This document shows, piece after piece, positions 10,297 to 18,767 of a DNA stretch of 64,000 nt. Below the pieces are notes generated by a model that made no database searches, was not told the origin of the DNA, and saw nothing but the letters and a program-made list of their open reading frames with translations. The DNA is taken from positions 3,395,181 to 3,459,180 of the forward strand of contig CP013099.1 in assembly GCA_001447805.1 (NCBI GenBank), given 5' to 3'. Source of the stretch: Candidatus Tenderia electrophaga. Lineage in GTDB: Bacteria > Pseudomonadota > Gammaproteobacteria > Tenderiales > Tenderiaceae. Each line of letters starts with the position of its first letter. Positions within the stretch are counted from its first letter, which is position 1. Made by a program: the position numbers and the translations under genes.

Positions 10297-11274
10297 TTAC
10301 AAGCGCCAGCCCCAATACTCGAGAAAATCAGCGAAGAAATACATGTTGGACGCCTCCCTCGCCCAAGGCTTGAGGCTGGTGTAGAACACCGTGCCGGTCG
10401 CGGCGGGATCGCCCAGTTGCTTGTCACGGCCGATGTTCAGATCCAGTGCCCACCAGCTCATGAGCAGCAGTTCCCAGGGTTTGAAGGAATCCTTTACATA
10501 GCCTTCGAGCCAGCCGGAGGAATGAAAAAAAGAGGTGTGGCCGTCGCCCAGGGGCAGGCGTTGCAGGGATTGCATGGGCTGCAGCTCAACCGTCTGCCGC
10601 GCTGCGTGAATGTGATCCAGGCGTTTCAAACGCACGTCCATCACCCGGTGGGTGGCGCTGCGCAGGTGAAGCACCATGCGCCATTGCGTATCGGCGTCGC
10701 TCGCATAGTCCGGGGGATAGTCCAGCCGCGCCGGCAGGGTCTCGCCGAAAACGCTCTGTTTGTCCTGCGGCCAGTCCTCCGGCATGGCCGAGGTCGGCAG
10801 ATGGCTGGTAGGCACGAAGGCCAGATAGCAGCCGCAGGTATGCACCGTGGTGATCAGCACTGGCTGTTGTCGCTCATTCAGCGTGACCACCACGAACAGG
10901 CCGCCGTTGGCGCCGGCGGTGAGGTGGGGGTGGGGCACGCGCGGAAAATGAAAGCGATAGATGAGGTTGTGATAGCGCCGGCCGTTTAGCGCGGTGAAGG
11001 GCTGTTGGCGGGTATAGAACACCGCGTGCTCAAGGTCGATATAAATCTCCTCCTCACCCGCTTCATCCAGCCGGGCGGCGGCATGGCCGATTTGGTTGTA
11101 GGCAAGCGCGCTCTCGCCGGCGACCACCACGGGGGCATGGCGTTCCAGCAAGTCCGCATCCTGCGCCACGAGGTAGCGACGATCCGTCGCGCCGGGGCCC
11201 GGCGTGGCACAGCCCAGCAGCAGGCCGCAGAGCAGCAGCGCGCACGCGAACTGAATGGTTTTGCTGTATGTCAT
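10297..11274 (-). CDS. Lipoprotein of unknown function
   Basis: Lipobox LLLCGLLLGC/A after MTYSKTIQFACA. Start ATG at 11274. No recognisable catalytic motif. Confidence 0.5.
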   Translation of the reverse strand: MTYSKTIQFACALLLCGLLLGCATPGPGATDRRYLVAQDADLLERHAPVVVAGESALAYNQIGHAAARLDEAGEEEIYIDLEHAVFYTRQQPFTALNGRRYHNLIYRFHFPRVPHPHLTAGANGGLFVVVTLNERQQPVLITTVHTCGCYLAFVPTSHLPTSAMPEDWPQDKQSVFGETLPARLDYPPDYASDADTQWRMVLHLRSATHRVMDVRLKRLDHIHAARQTVELQPMQSLQRLPLGDGHTSFFHSSGWLEGYVKDSFKPWELLLMSWWALDLNIGRDKQLGDPAATGTVFYTSLKPWAREASNMYFFADFLEYWGWRL

Positions 11275-11527
11275 AGCAATACCATAGCAGTGCGGCGGCG
11301 ATCTGACAGGGACAGCCAACTCCCTACTTTGTTTAGGGCTAAAGCTCCGGCCCCGGCGCCCGTTAATAAGGGGCAAGAGCGATTAAATTATAAAGACCAC
11401 GTCCAGTAGCACCGAACACAGGGGTGAACCAGAATCAGCATAGGGATATCACTGATTTGTGTAGAAAATACCATCTAGGTGGCGCGCATCGATCGATCTT
11501 CAGGCTGACACTGATGTTTTTCAAGAT

Positions 11528-12721
11528 ATGGGAACAGGTATGGCAGCATCCTCAAGTTTACCCGCCGGTGTCGGCGCCAGTGCCCCGGGCATGAGCAAAG
11601 ATCAGCACGCCCATAACCGCCTGCTTAAACAGCGCTTGGCGGATTTCATGGATGAGGCGCGTCATAACGAGCGTAAGTTGCGGCGTTTTCAATCCCTGGA
11701 ACTGAAGTTGATCGGCCTCAATTCCATCCTGGAATTGATCGAGGCCATCCTGCGCCCCGACCCCGGCGCGGTCAACTGGGACATGGTGAGCTTGTTGCTG
11801 TTCGACCCGGAATACGAATTGCAACGCATTCTGCAGGATGAGGGCGTCAAGCTCGAGGGCATGCCGGGTCTGATGTTCGTCGCCGGGATGGAGGAAGTGG
11901 AGCAACTCTATTCCGCCTCTCTGTTCCCCAGCCTGGGCGGCTATCGTTCCAGCAAGCACTCCAAGCTGTTTCGTCATGCCGGCAAAAAACCGGCCAGCGT
12001 CGCCCTGTTGCCGCTGGTGCGTTACGGCCGGCTGATCGGCAGTCTCAACATCGGCAGTCACGATGCGGACAAGTTTGTGCGCGGCGTGCGTACCGATTTT
12101 CTGGAACACTTCGCCGCGGTGGTGGCGATCTGCGTGGAAAACGGCGTCAACCTGGAGCGTCTCAAGCGCCAGGGTCTGACCGATACCCTGACCGCCATCA
12201 ACAACCGCCGTTTTTTCGATCAGCGCCTCAAGGAAGAGACCGAGGCCGCCGGCCGTTCCGGCAAGCCGCTGTCCTGCATGTTGCTGGACGTGGATCATTT
12301 CAAGCGCGTCAATGATACCTATGGCCATCAGGTGGGCGATCTGGTGCTGCGTGAGGTGGCCTCCATTATCCGCGCCCAGCTGCGCGGCAGCGATGTATTA
12401 TCGCGTTACGGTGGCGAGGAGTTCAGCGCCCTGCTGGCCAATACCGACACCGAGGAGGCGGAGGAGGTGGCCGAACGTATCCGTCGCTGCATCGAGGAGC
12501 GGGTCTTCAATCCGCCCGACTACGAGCCCTTTAACATCACCATCTCCATCGGCGTGAGCACGCTCAAGGCCGCCCCCGACACCAAGCTGGCCAAGGGGGT
12601 CGGCGACCATCTCATCGGCCAGGCCGACCGAGTATTGTACGATGCCAAGGCCGGCGGCCGCAATCAGGTGCAGTGCGCACCGGCCTCCTGCGCGCTGGGC
12701 GAGAGCCTCAGCCCCGCTTAA
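11528..12721 (+). CDS. Diguanylate cyclase (GGDEF) with an N-terminal GAF/DUF484-like sensory domain
   Basis: Complete GGDEF domain (LTAINNRRFFDQ...LLDVDHFKRVNDTYGH..GGEEF..RAKAGGRNQV). The true start could be the internal ATG at about 11591. Confidence 0.8.
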   Translation: MGTGMAASSSLPAGVGASAPGMSKDQHAHNRLLKQRLADFMDEARHNERKLRRFQSLELKLIGLNSILELIEAILRPDPGAVNWDMVSLLLFDPEYELQRILQDEGVKLEGMPGLMFVAGMEEVEQLYSASLFPSLGGYRSSKHSKLFRHAGKKPASVALLPLVRYGRLIGSLNIGSHDADKFVRGVRTDFLEHFAAVVAICVENGVNLERLKRQGLTDTLTAINNRRFFDQRLKEETEAAGRSGKPLSCMLLDVDHFKRVNDTYGHQVGDLVLREVASIIRAQLRGSDVLSRYGGEEFSALLANTDTEEAEEVAERIRRCIEERVFNPPDYEPFNITISIGVSTLKAAPDTKLAKGVGDHLIGQADRVLYDAKAGGRNQVQCAPASCALGESLSPA

Positions 12722-13079
12722 CCGGGATATCCAGCGGCAATTGGGCGGGATCGGCGCCGCCGGCCTTGAGGGCTTGGCGCTGCGCACGATTCAGCTTCAC
12801 GCCGGTCAAGACGACGCCTGCGGCCTGCACCCCGTCCAGGCGGCAACCGCTCAGTTCCACATCGCTCAGATCGGCGCCGCGCAGATCGGCGCCGTCCAGA
12901 TTGGCCAGGCGCAGGTCCGCGCCGGCGAGCGTGCTGCCGCGCAGATCGGCGCCGCGCAAATCCATCTCCACCAGGTTGGCATTGCCCAGCTGGCGGCCGC
13001 TGAGATCGGCGCCCTGCAGGGTGGTGGCCTCGAGGGTGACGAGGCGGTCGAAGCCCTTGCGGTCGAATATCTCTATCAT
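12708..13079 (-). CDS. Pentapeptide-repeat protein
   Basis: Tandem A(D/N)LXX pentapeptides (GADLRGADLSDVELSG...). The ATG at 13079 overlaps the upstream stop (ATGA). Confidence 0.7.
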   Translation of the reverse strand: MIEIFDRKGFDRLVTLEATTLQGADLSGRQLGNANLVEMDLRGADLRGSTLAGADLRLANLDGADLRGADLSDVELSGCRLDGVQAAGVVLTGVKLNRAQRQALKAGGADPAQLPLDIPVKRG

Positions 13080-13954
13080 TTCTGAGCGCCCTGGTTGATA
13101 AAATCCAGCCCCTGGTAACCGCACTTGCGACCGGCCAGACGGCAGGCCTGCGCCAAGGCCGTGCCCAAGTCCTGGCGTTGCAGCAGGGCGTCAATGAGGC
13201 CGGCGTTGAAGGTATCCCCCGCCCCCAGGGTATCCACCGGTCGCGGCGGTGCAAAGGCGGGGCTGTGGTGTTCCCCGTGGCGGTCCAGGGCCCAGGCGCC
13301 GGCCGCGCCCCAGGCGCACACCAGCGTGGCCGCGGGGTATCGGGGGTGCAGCGCGCGCAGCAGGGACAGGGCCTCGTCATGGCCGCGGCCGCGGGCGAAG
13401 GGACGTGAAAACAGCAGCACATCGGCGAGCGGGAACAGCGCGTCGATGCCGTCGCGCTCCTTTTCGATTTCCAACGAACGCGTCACGCCGGGGGCCTGCG
13501 CGGCGGCCCATGCCAGCATTTGCCGCGTCTCGGCCACATTGCGGCCCTCGAAGTGGAGCCAATGGAAACGGCCCAAGGCCAGTTTCTTGAACTCGGCGAA
13601 GGGGTACTCGGGCAGGTCGCGGTAGTGAATGATGGTGCGCGAGCCGTTCGCCAGGTTGTGGGTGATATAGGAGGTCGGCACCTTGCCTTGTGCCAGACGC
13701 AGCACGGCGCTGCGATCGATACGGTGTCTTTCCAGATCGGCCTCGATATGCCGGCCGTCGGGTTCCTCGACCATGACGCCGGCCCAGTGGCCGCGGTGCC
13801 CCAGCTGACTCAGCACGGTCAGGGTGTTGGTGGCGTTGCCGCCGCGACAGACGCGCTGATCGATGGCGCGTACCTCATCGTCCTCGGCCGGATAGGCGGC
13901 GACGCTGTTGATGATATCGAGGGTGGCGATGCCCACTGCCAGGATGTTCGCCAT
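13076..13954 (-). CDS. PfkB-family carbohydrate kinase (ribokinase/ketohexokinase-like)
   Basis: N-terminal GG motif (LAVGIATLDII). C-terminal anion-hole/ATP motif (DTLGAGDTFNAGLI). 292 aa. Confidence 0.75.
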   Translation of the reverse strand: MANILAVGIATLDIINSVAAYPAEDDEVRAIDQRVCRGGNATNTLTVLSQLGHRGHWAGVMVEEPDGRHIEADLERHRIDRSAVLRLAQGKVPTSYITHNLANGSRTIIHYRDLPEYPFAEFKKLALGRFHWLHFEGRNVAETRQMLAWAAAQAPGVTRSLEIEKERDGIDALFPLADVLLFSRPFARGRGHDEALSLLRALHPRYPAATLVCAWGAAGAWALDRHGEHHSPAFAPPRPVDTLGAGDTFNAGLIDALLQRQDLGTALAQACRLAGRKCGYQGLDFINQGAQK

Positions 13955-13960
13955 AAGCGC

Positions 13961-14260
13961 TCAGCTCTGGGGCGGGCGTTCGAGCCGGCATAGCGGCATG
14001 AAGTAGATGTTGATCAGGTCCAGCAGCACCCAGCAGATCGCCAAATAGAGCAGATAATGATAGCTGTGATTAAAATTGATCAGGCCCACCCACCACATCA
14101 GGTTCCAGACATAGAGCATGGTCATGATCAGCAGCGTCCAGGGAAACGCGGCGATGCGTCCGCCGCAGTTGGGACAGCTAACGGTCATCCACCAGCCGAG
14201 CTTGTATTTATCCTTCAGCGACACGCTCTGTGCGCGGCAGTGGGGGCATTTGAAGGCCAT
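13961..14260 (-). CDS. Small zinc-ribbon membrane protein (DUF983-like)
   Basis: CPHC...CPNCGG followed by two transmembrane helices. It lies 6 nt upstream of the PfkB gene on the same strand. Confidence 0.45.
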   Translation of the reverse strand: MAFKCPHCRAQSVSLKDKYKLGWWMTVSCPNCGGRIAAFPWTLLIMTMLYVWNLMWWVGLINFNHSYHYLLYLAICWVLLDLINIYFMPLCRLERPPQS

Positions 14261-14356
14261 GGGGGACTCCTGAAAAAGCGTGACCGGATTATAGCATTAG
14301 TGTCGCGGCGCCTCAGGGGTTAGAATACCCGGTTTGTAATCAACCCGGGAAATGGC

Positions 14357-14914
14357 ATGAGAGGTTTTTACAAGACGATGGCGTTGCTGGCCGTGTGCGG
14401 CGGCTTGCTGGCCTGCGACAACAACACCCCTTTGATGGACAAGGTGGTGGATGAAGATACCGCCGCGGTCGAGTCCATGCTGGCCCAGGGCAATGACATT
14501 CATGCGCGCAACAGCTACGGCTGGACCGCGCTGATGCATGCCGCCCGCCAAGGCCACGCGGAGCTGGTCAAATTGTTGCTCGCCAACGGCGCCAAGGTGG
14601 ATGCCGAAGATGGCAGCGGCTGGACACCCATGATGCGCGCGGCCATGAAGGGCCACGCCGACGTGGTGAAGCTGTTGCTGGCCGAGGGTGCCAATGTCCA
14701 TCATGCCGACCCGTCCGGTTGGACCGCCCTGCACTGGGCGGCGCAGCGCGATCACGAAGCGGTGGTCCGGGTGCTGGTGGAGGCCGGCGGCGATCTCAAT
14801 GCCGAGACCGAAGACGGTTGGACGCCGCGTATGGTGGCGCAGAAGGAGGGCCACAATGAATTGGCCAATCTCATCAGCCGCTTCATGCGGCAGCAGGAGG
14901 GACAGCCGCGGTGA
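14357..14914 (+). CDS. Ankyrin-repeat lipoprotein
   Basis: Lipobox LLAC/D. Four ankyrin repeats (G.TALM.AA..GH...VKLLL..GA..). Its stop overlaps the start of the next gene. Confidence 0.7.
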   Translation: MRGFYKTMALLAVCGGLLACDNNTPLMDKVVDEDTAAVESMLAQGNDIHARNSYGWTALMHAARQGHAELVKLLLANGAKVDAEDGSGWTPMMRAAMKGHADVVKLLLAEGANVHHADPSGWTALHWAAQRDHEAVVRVLVEAGGDLNAETEDGWTPRMVAQKEGHNELANLISRFMRQQEGQPR

Positions 14915-15342
14915 ATGTTATGAAACGGATGCGCGCCGCCGTCGCGCTGGCGGCGTTAATGTGGCTGTCGGCGTGCAGCAATGAACCGGCCGAATTGAGC
15001 GCCGCGCCGCTGGGGCAGCGGCCGGTGCTGGAATCCTTGGCCGAGGCCTATACCGCGGTCTCCAGCGAAAACCTGTCCACCAGTCCCAAGAGCCTGCCCG
15101 GCGAAGAGCGCAAGCGCTTCGTCGAGAGGGTATTCGAGCGTGCCGGCTACAGTTACAGCAAGACCCTGCATCAGATGGCCGGCGCGGCCTTCGATCCCGC
15201 CAACCAGCTGCACGTGGACATGGCCGAGTTGGTGCTCATGCCGCACCGCAATCCGCGCTTTGCACTGGAGCTGACCGATGTCTATTCGAGCCAGGAACTG
15301 CAGGACGTGGCGGTGGTGGAGCGCCAACTCAACCGGCGCTAA
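14911..15342 (+). CDS. Lipoprotein of unknown function, translationally coupled to the ankyrin gene
   Basis: Signal peptide and lipobox (ALMWLSAC/S). No recognisable domain. Confidence 0.5.
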   Translation: MNVMKRMRAAVALAALMWLSACSNEPAELSAAPLGQRPVLESLAEAYTAVSSENLSTSPKSLPGEERKRFVERVFERAGYSYSKTLHQMAGAAFDPANQLHVDMAELVLMPHRNPRFALELTDVYSSQELQDVAVVERQLNRR

Positions 15343-15365
15343 GCGCGCCCGTCCTTCTCGCCGGG

Positions 15366-15773
15366 CTATTCCGCGATGTGCATCACGAGTGAACGTCGTC
15401 CACCGTGGCGGCGGTGTTCCCACAGATAAACGCCCTGCCAGGTGCCCAGCGCCAGGCGCCCCTGATCGATGGGGATGCCCAGGCTGGTGGCGGTGAGCGC
15501 GGCCTTGATGTGGGCCGGCATGTCGTCCGGGCCCTCGGTGGTGTGGGTGTAGAGCGGATCGTCCTCCTTGACCAGGCGGTTGAGCCAGTTCTCCAGATCG
15601 TGGCGCGCCGAGGGGTCGGCGTTTTCCTGGATGATGAGACTGGCCGAAGTGTGCTGCACGAACAGGGTGCACAGCCCCTGGCGCACGCCGCTATCGCGCA
15701 CTACGGGCTCGATTGCGTCAGTGATCATGAACAGGCCTTGGCGCGGGGCATTGATCTCGAGGCTGCGGATCAT
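15366..15773 (-). CDS. YjbQ/UPF0047 family protein (secondary thiamine-phosphate synthase-like)
   Basis: 135 aa with the characteristic GLCTLFVQHTSASL...THTTEGPDDMPAHIKA block. Confidence 0.8.
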   Translation of the reverse strand: MIRSLEINAPRQGLFMITDAIEPVVRDSGVRQGLCTLFVQHTSASLIIQENADPSARHDLENWLNRLVKEDDPLYTHTTEGPDDMPAHIKAALTATSLGIPIDQGRLALGTWQGVYLWEHRRHGGRRSLVMHIAE

Positions 15774-16099
15774 TCGCCCACCCAGTCATAGGCCCGTACC
15801 ACACCCCGATCGTCGAACTGCACTTCCAGGGTCTTCATGCGCGCATTGCCCATGTCGCCGAGCTTGCCCTTGCCGTAGTAGTACACCCAGCGCTGCAGCT
15901 GTTCGCCGTCGCGATTCACCACCACGCCGGTACTCTGCGGTGCGCCCAGCCATTGCTTGACCTGATTCTGGGTGGTGACGCCGTGTTCCACCTTGGCGGC
16001 GAACTGGGTGAGCTTGAAGTCGTTGCCGAATTGAAAGCTGGCGCAGCCGCCCAGCAGCATCAGGCCGCAGGCGGTGCTTAGGAGTTTAGTGCTTGGCAT
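15770..16099 (-). CDS. Small lipoprotein, possibly of the SmpA/OmlA (BamE-like) family
   Basis: Lipobox LMLLGGC/A. About 110 aa. Overlaps the start of yjbQ by 4 nt. Confidence 0.45.
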   Translation of the reverse strand: MPSTKLLSTACGLMLLGGCASFQFGNDFKLTQFAAKVEHGVTTQNQVKQWLGAPQSTGVVVNRDGEQLQRWVYYYGKGKLGDMGNARMKTLEVQFDDRGVVRAYDWVGE

Positions 16100-16170
16100 A
16101 ATGAAATCCCGGTTGGTAGGCATTGTCCAAATTCTATACCATGAACGGATTTTCGACAGAGGGACGTGGC

Positions 16171-17124
16171 ATGGCGCAGCGGATCATCGGCGCGACGGGC
16201 GTATTATGGGCAGTTCTGGCAGGCGAGGTGCTCCTGGCGGCCGAGCCACCGCAGGACATGGTGCGGATCCCGGGCGGCCCATTCATCATGGGCAGCGAGC
16301 CGCGCGACGACGACGGCAAGGCCCAGGAGTACGGCTCCAACAAGCCCTGGTACCTGGATGAAGCCCCCCAGCACCGGCGCACGGTCGACGCCTTCTGGCT
16401 CGACCAATACGAGGTCACCAACGACCAGTACCGCGATTTCGTCGTCGCCAATAATTACTTCGTCCCCAACGGCTGGAAGGAGAATGGTTATTTATTGTCG
16501 CGTGACATCCTGGGCTTCGCCGACCTGCCCACCCTGCGCAAATTGGCGGCGGACACCTTTCGCCTGGATATGGACACGACCCAGATGGGATACGATGAGT
16601 TATTGGACGCCATCGTCGCCCATCAGGCCCAATTCGATGATCTGCCGGTGACCGGCGTGACCTGGTTGCAGGCGCGCGATTACTGCCGTGCCCAGGGCAA
16701 GCGCCTGCCCAGCGAGGCGGAGTGGGAGAAGGCCGCGCGCGGCAGTGACGGGCGTGAATATCCCTGGGGCGACGACTGGGACGAGACGCGCCTCAATATC
16801 GGCGCCGGCGACGGTTGGCAGTACGGCGTGGCGCCGGTGGGTTCCTACCCCGAGGGTGTCTCACCCTACGGTGTCCACGACATGGCCGGCAACGTGATGG
16901 AGTGGACCGCCGACTGGTACCAGCCCTATCCCGGCGCCGAGTATGAAAGCGAGGACTTCGGCGAGAAGATGCGCGTGGTGCGCGGCGGTGGCTGGGGCGG
17001 CTTGGGGCATTACGTCATTAACCATTTTTACCGCAGCGCCTATCGCTTCAACCTGCGGCCCACCTATACCTTTGTCGATCTGGGGTTTCGCTGCGCCCGT
17101 GATGCGCAGCCGCCGGCTGAATAG
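16171..17124 (+). CDS. Secreted formylglycine-generating-enzyme (SUMF1/EgtB/PvdO) family protein
   Basis: Signal peptide. FGE-sulfatase domain motifs (RVIRGGSW-like RVVRGGGWGG, YRF..R, GFRCAR). Ribosome-binding site GAGGGAC. Confidence 0.75.
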   Translation: MAQRIIGATGVLWAVLAGEVLLAAEPPQDMVRIPGGPFIMGSEPRDDDGKAQEYGSNKPWYLDEAPQHRRTVDAFWLDQYEVTNDQYRDFVVANNYFVPNGWKENGYLLSRDILGFADLPTLRKLAADTFRLDMDTTQMGYDELLDAIVAHQAQFDDLPVTGVTWLQARDYCRAQGKRLPSEAEWEKAARGSDGREYPWGDDWDETRLNIGAGDGWQYGVAPVGSYPEGVSPYGVHDMAGNVMEWTADWYQPYPGAEYESEDFGEKMRVVRGGGWGGLGHYVINHFYRSAYRFNLRPTYTFVDLGFRCARDAQPPAE

Positions 17125-17193
17125 CCACGCCCCACTAAACTTGGCAGAATGGGCCGTCGATATAGTCAACGTATTACTTAGAGGGTTGCAGTA

Positions 17194-18366
17194 ATGAAAG
17201 GAATGGAACGTCGCTTGGCGGAACTCAAGTCCGTCATTCCGGAGGTCGAGCCGAGCGAGGCCGATAGCCTGCTCAAGCAGGGCGCCCTGCTGGTGGATGT
17301 GCGCGAGGCGGACGAGATCGCCAACGGCTCCCCTAACGCTGCGCTGCGCATGGGGCGCGGTTATCTGGAGCTGCGTATCGAGGAGCGCGTGCCCGACAAG
17401 GACAAGACCCTGGTGGTGATGTGCGCCGGCGGGGTGCGCTCCCTGTTCGCCGCCGAGGCCCTGCAACAGCTGGGCTACAGCGATGTACGCTCCCTGGCCG
17501 GCGGCTTCAATCGCTGGAAGAATCAGGGCTTGGATTTCGAGATTCCGCGCGCCCTCTCGGCCGAGGCTAAGGAACGCTATTCGCGACATTTATTGTTGCC
17601 CGAGGTGGGCGAGGCCGGCCAGCTCAAGCTGCTCGATAGCAAGGTGCTGTTGATCGGCGCCGGCGGCCTGGGTTCGCCGGCGGCCTATTATCTGGCCGCG
17701 GCCGGGGTGGGCACCCTGGGGCTGGTGGACCATGACGTGGTGGACCGCAGCAATCTGCAGCGCCAGATCATCCACACCGAGGCGCGCGTCGGCACCCCCA
17801 AGGTGGCCTCGGCGCGCGAGGCCATCGAACAGCTCAATCCGGACGTCAAGGTGGTGGGCTACGAGACCCATCTGGACAGCGGCAACGTGGAGGAGATCTT
17901 CTCCGCCTATGACGTCATTGTCGACGGCACCGACAACCTGCCCACCCGCTATCTGGTCAACGACGCCTGCGTCAAGTTGGGCAAGCCCAACGTCCATGCC
18001 GCGGTGTACCGCTTCGAGGGCCAGCTCACCGTATTCTGGCCCGGCCATCCCGACAACCCCAGCGGCTGTTACCGCTGCATGTTCCCCAATCCGCCCGCAC
18101 CGGGCTCCGCGCCCTCCTGCTCCGAGATCGGCGTGCTCGGCATCCTGCCCGGCGTGATGGGCCTGCTGCAGGCCACCGAAGTGCTCAAGATCCTGCTCGA
18201 CATGGGCCAGCCGCTGCTGGGCCGGATGCTCTACTACGACGCCCTGCGCAGCAGCTTCTCCGAGTTCAAGCTCAAAAAAAACCCCGCCTGCCGCTATTGC
18301 GGTGAGCAGGGGGATTTCCCCGGTTACGAGGATTACGCCCAGGTCTGCGCCGCACCGGATCGATAG
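17194..18366 (+). CDS. Rhodanese domain fused N-terminally to a MoeB/ThiF E1-like adenylyltransferase
   Basis: Rhodanese active site CAGGVRS (residues about 77-83). ThiF nucleotide-binding motif (VLLIGAGGLGSPAAYYLAAAGVG). Two CxxC zinc motifs (CYRC...CRYC). Confidence 0.75.
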   Translation: MKGMERRLAELKSVIPEVEPSEADSLLKQGALLVDVREADEIANGSPNAALRMGRGYLELRIEERVPDKDKTLVVMCAGGVRSLFAAEALQQLGYSDVRSLAGGFNRWKNQGLDFEIPRALSAEAKERYSRHLLLPEVGEAGQLKLLDSKVLLIGAGGLGSPAAYYLAAAGVGTLGLVDHDVVDRSNLQRQIIHTEARVGTPKVASAREAIEQLNPDVKVVGYETHLDSGNVEEIFSAYDVIVDGTDNLPTRYLVNDACVKLGKPNVHAAVYRFEGQLTVFWPGHPDNPSGCYRCMFPNPPAPGSAPSCSEIGVLGILPGVMGLLQATEVLKILLDMGQPLLGRMLYYDALRSSFSEFKLKKNPACRYCGEQGDFPGYEDYAQVCAAPDR

Positions 18367-18484
18367 TCACAATGCGTCGGCCATGATGTGCGTCACGGCC
18401 GGCCGCTCCCCGCCTCGCAAAAATTTTCCGGCTGCTCTCAAGGGCGTCTCTCAATCGTTCTGAGTGCCGCAGATTGGGCGCTCA

Positions 18485-18520
18485 CATTGCACCTAATGCA
18501 GGTGCGAAGATTTGCACCGC
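18485..18520. promoter_or_regulatory. Three TGCACC half-sites (TTGCACCT-N5-AGGTGCGAA-N2-TTTGCACC) within a roughly 400-bp AT-rich intergenic region
   Basis: Read directly from the sequence. The first two half-sites form an imperfect inverted repeat. The element lies about 250 nt upstream of the YbaK-HDOD gene. Confidence 0.3.
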
Positions 18521-18767
18521 CAAGAGCGCGCATATAAACGTTCAAGATACGTGCTCACGACTATTCGGAGCTGTCCTAAAGTTCCCATCCTTGCGGTCGA
18601 AGCATCTGTTGGGGGTAATAAAAAACAAACACTTGTCGTCACCATTTCATCTGATAGCCTTATAATGGTCTGCAAGTAGTATGATTGACGGGTGGCGCTG
18701 GTCACGGATGGTCCAGCACCTATAATCTAGAGAGATGTTGCGCCTCATGGGAGCGAGAACAGCCAAC

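Noticed and set aside
12780-13030. Short nucleotide tandem repeats (gatcggcgccgcgcag...)
   Set aside because: They are the coding image of pentapeptide A(D/N)LXX repeats in the pentapeptide-repeat protein.
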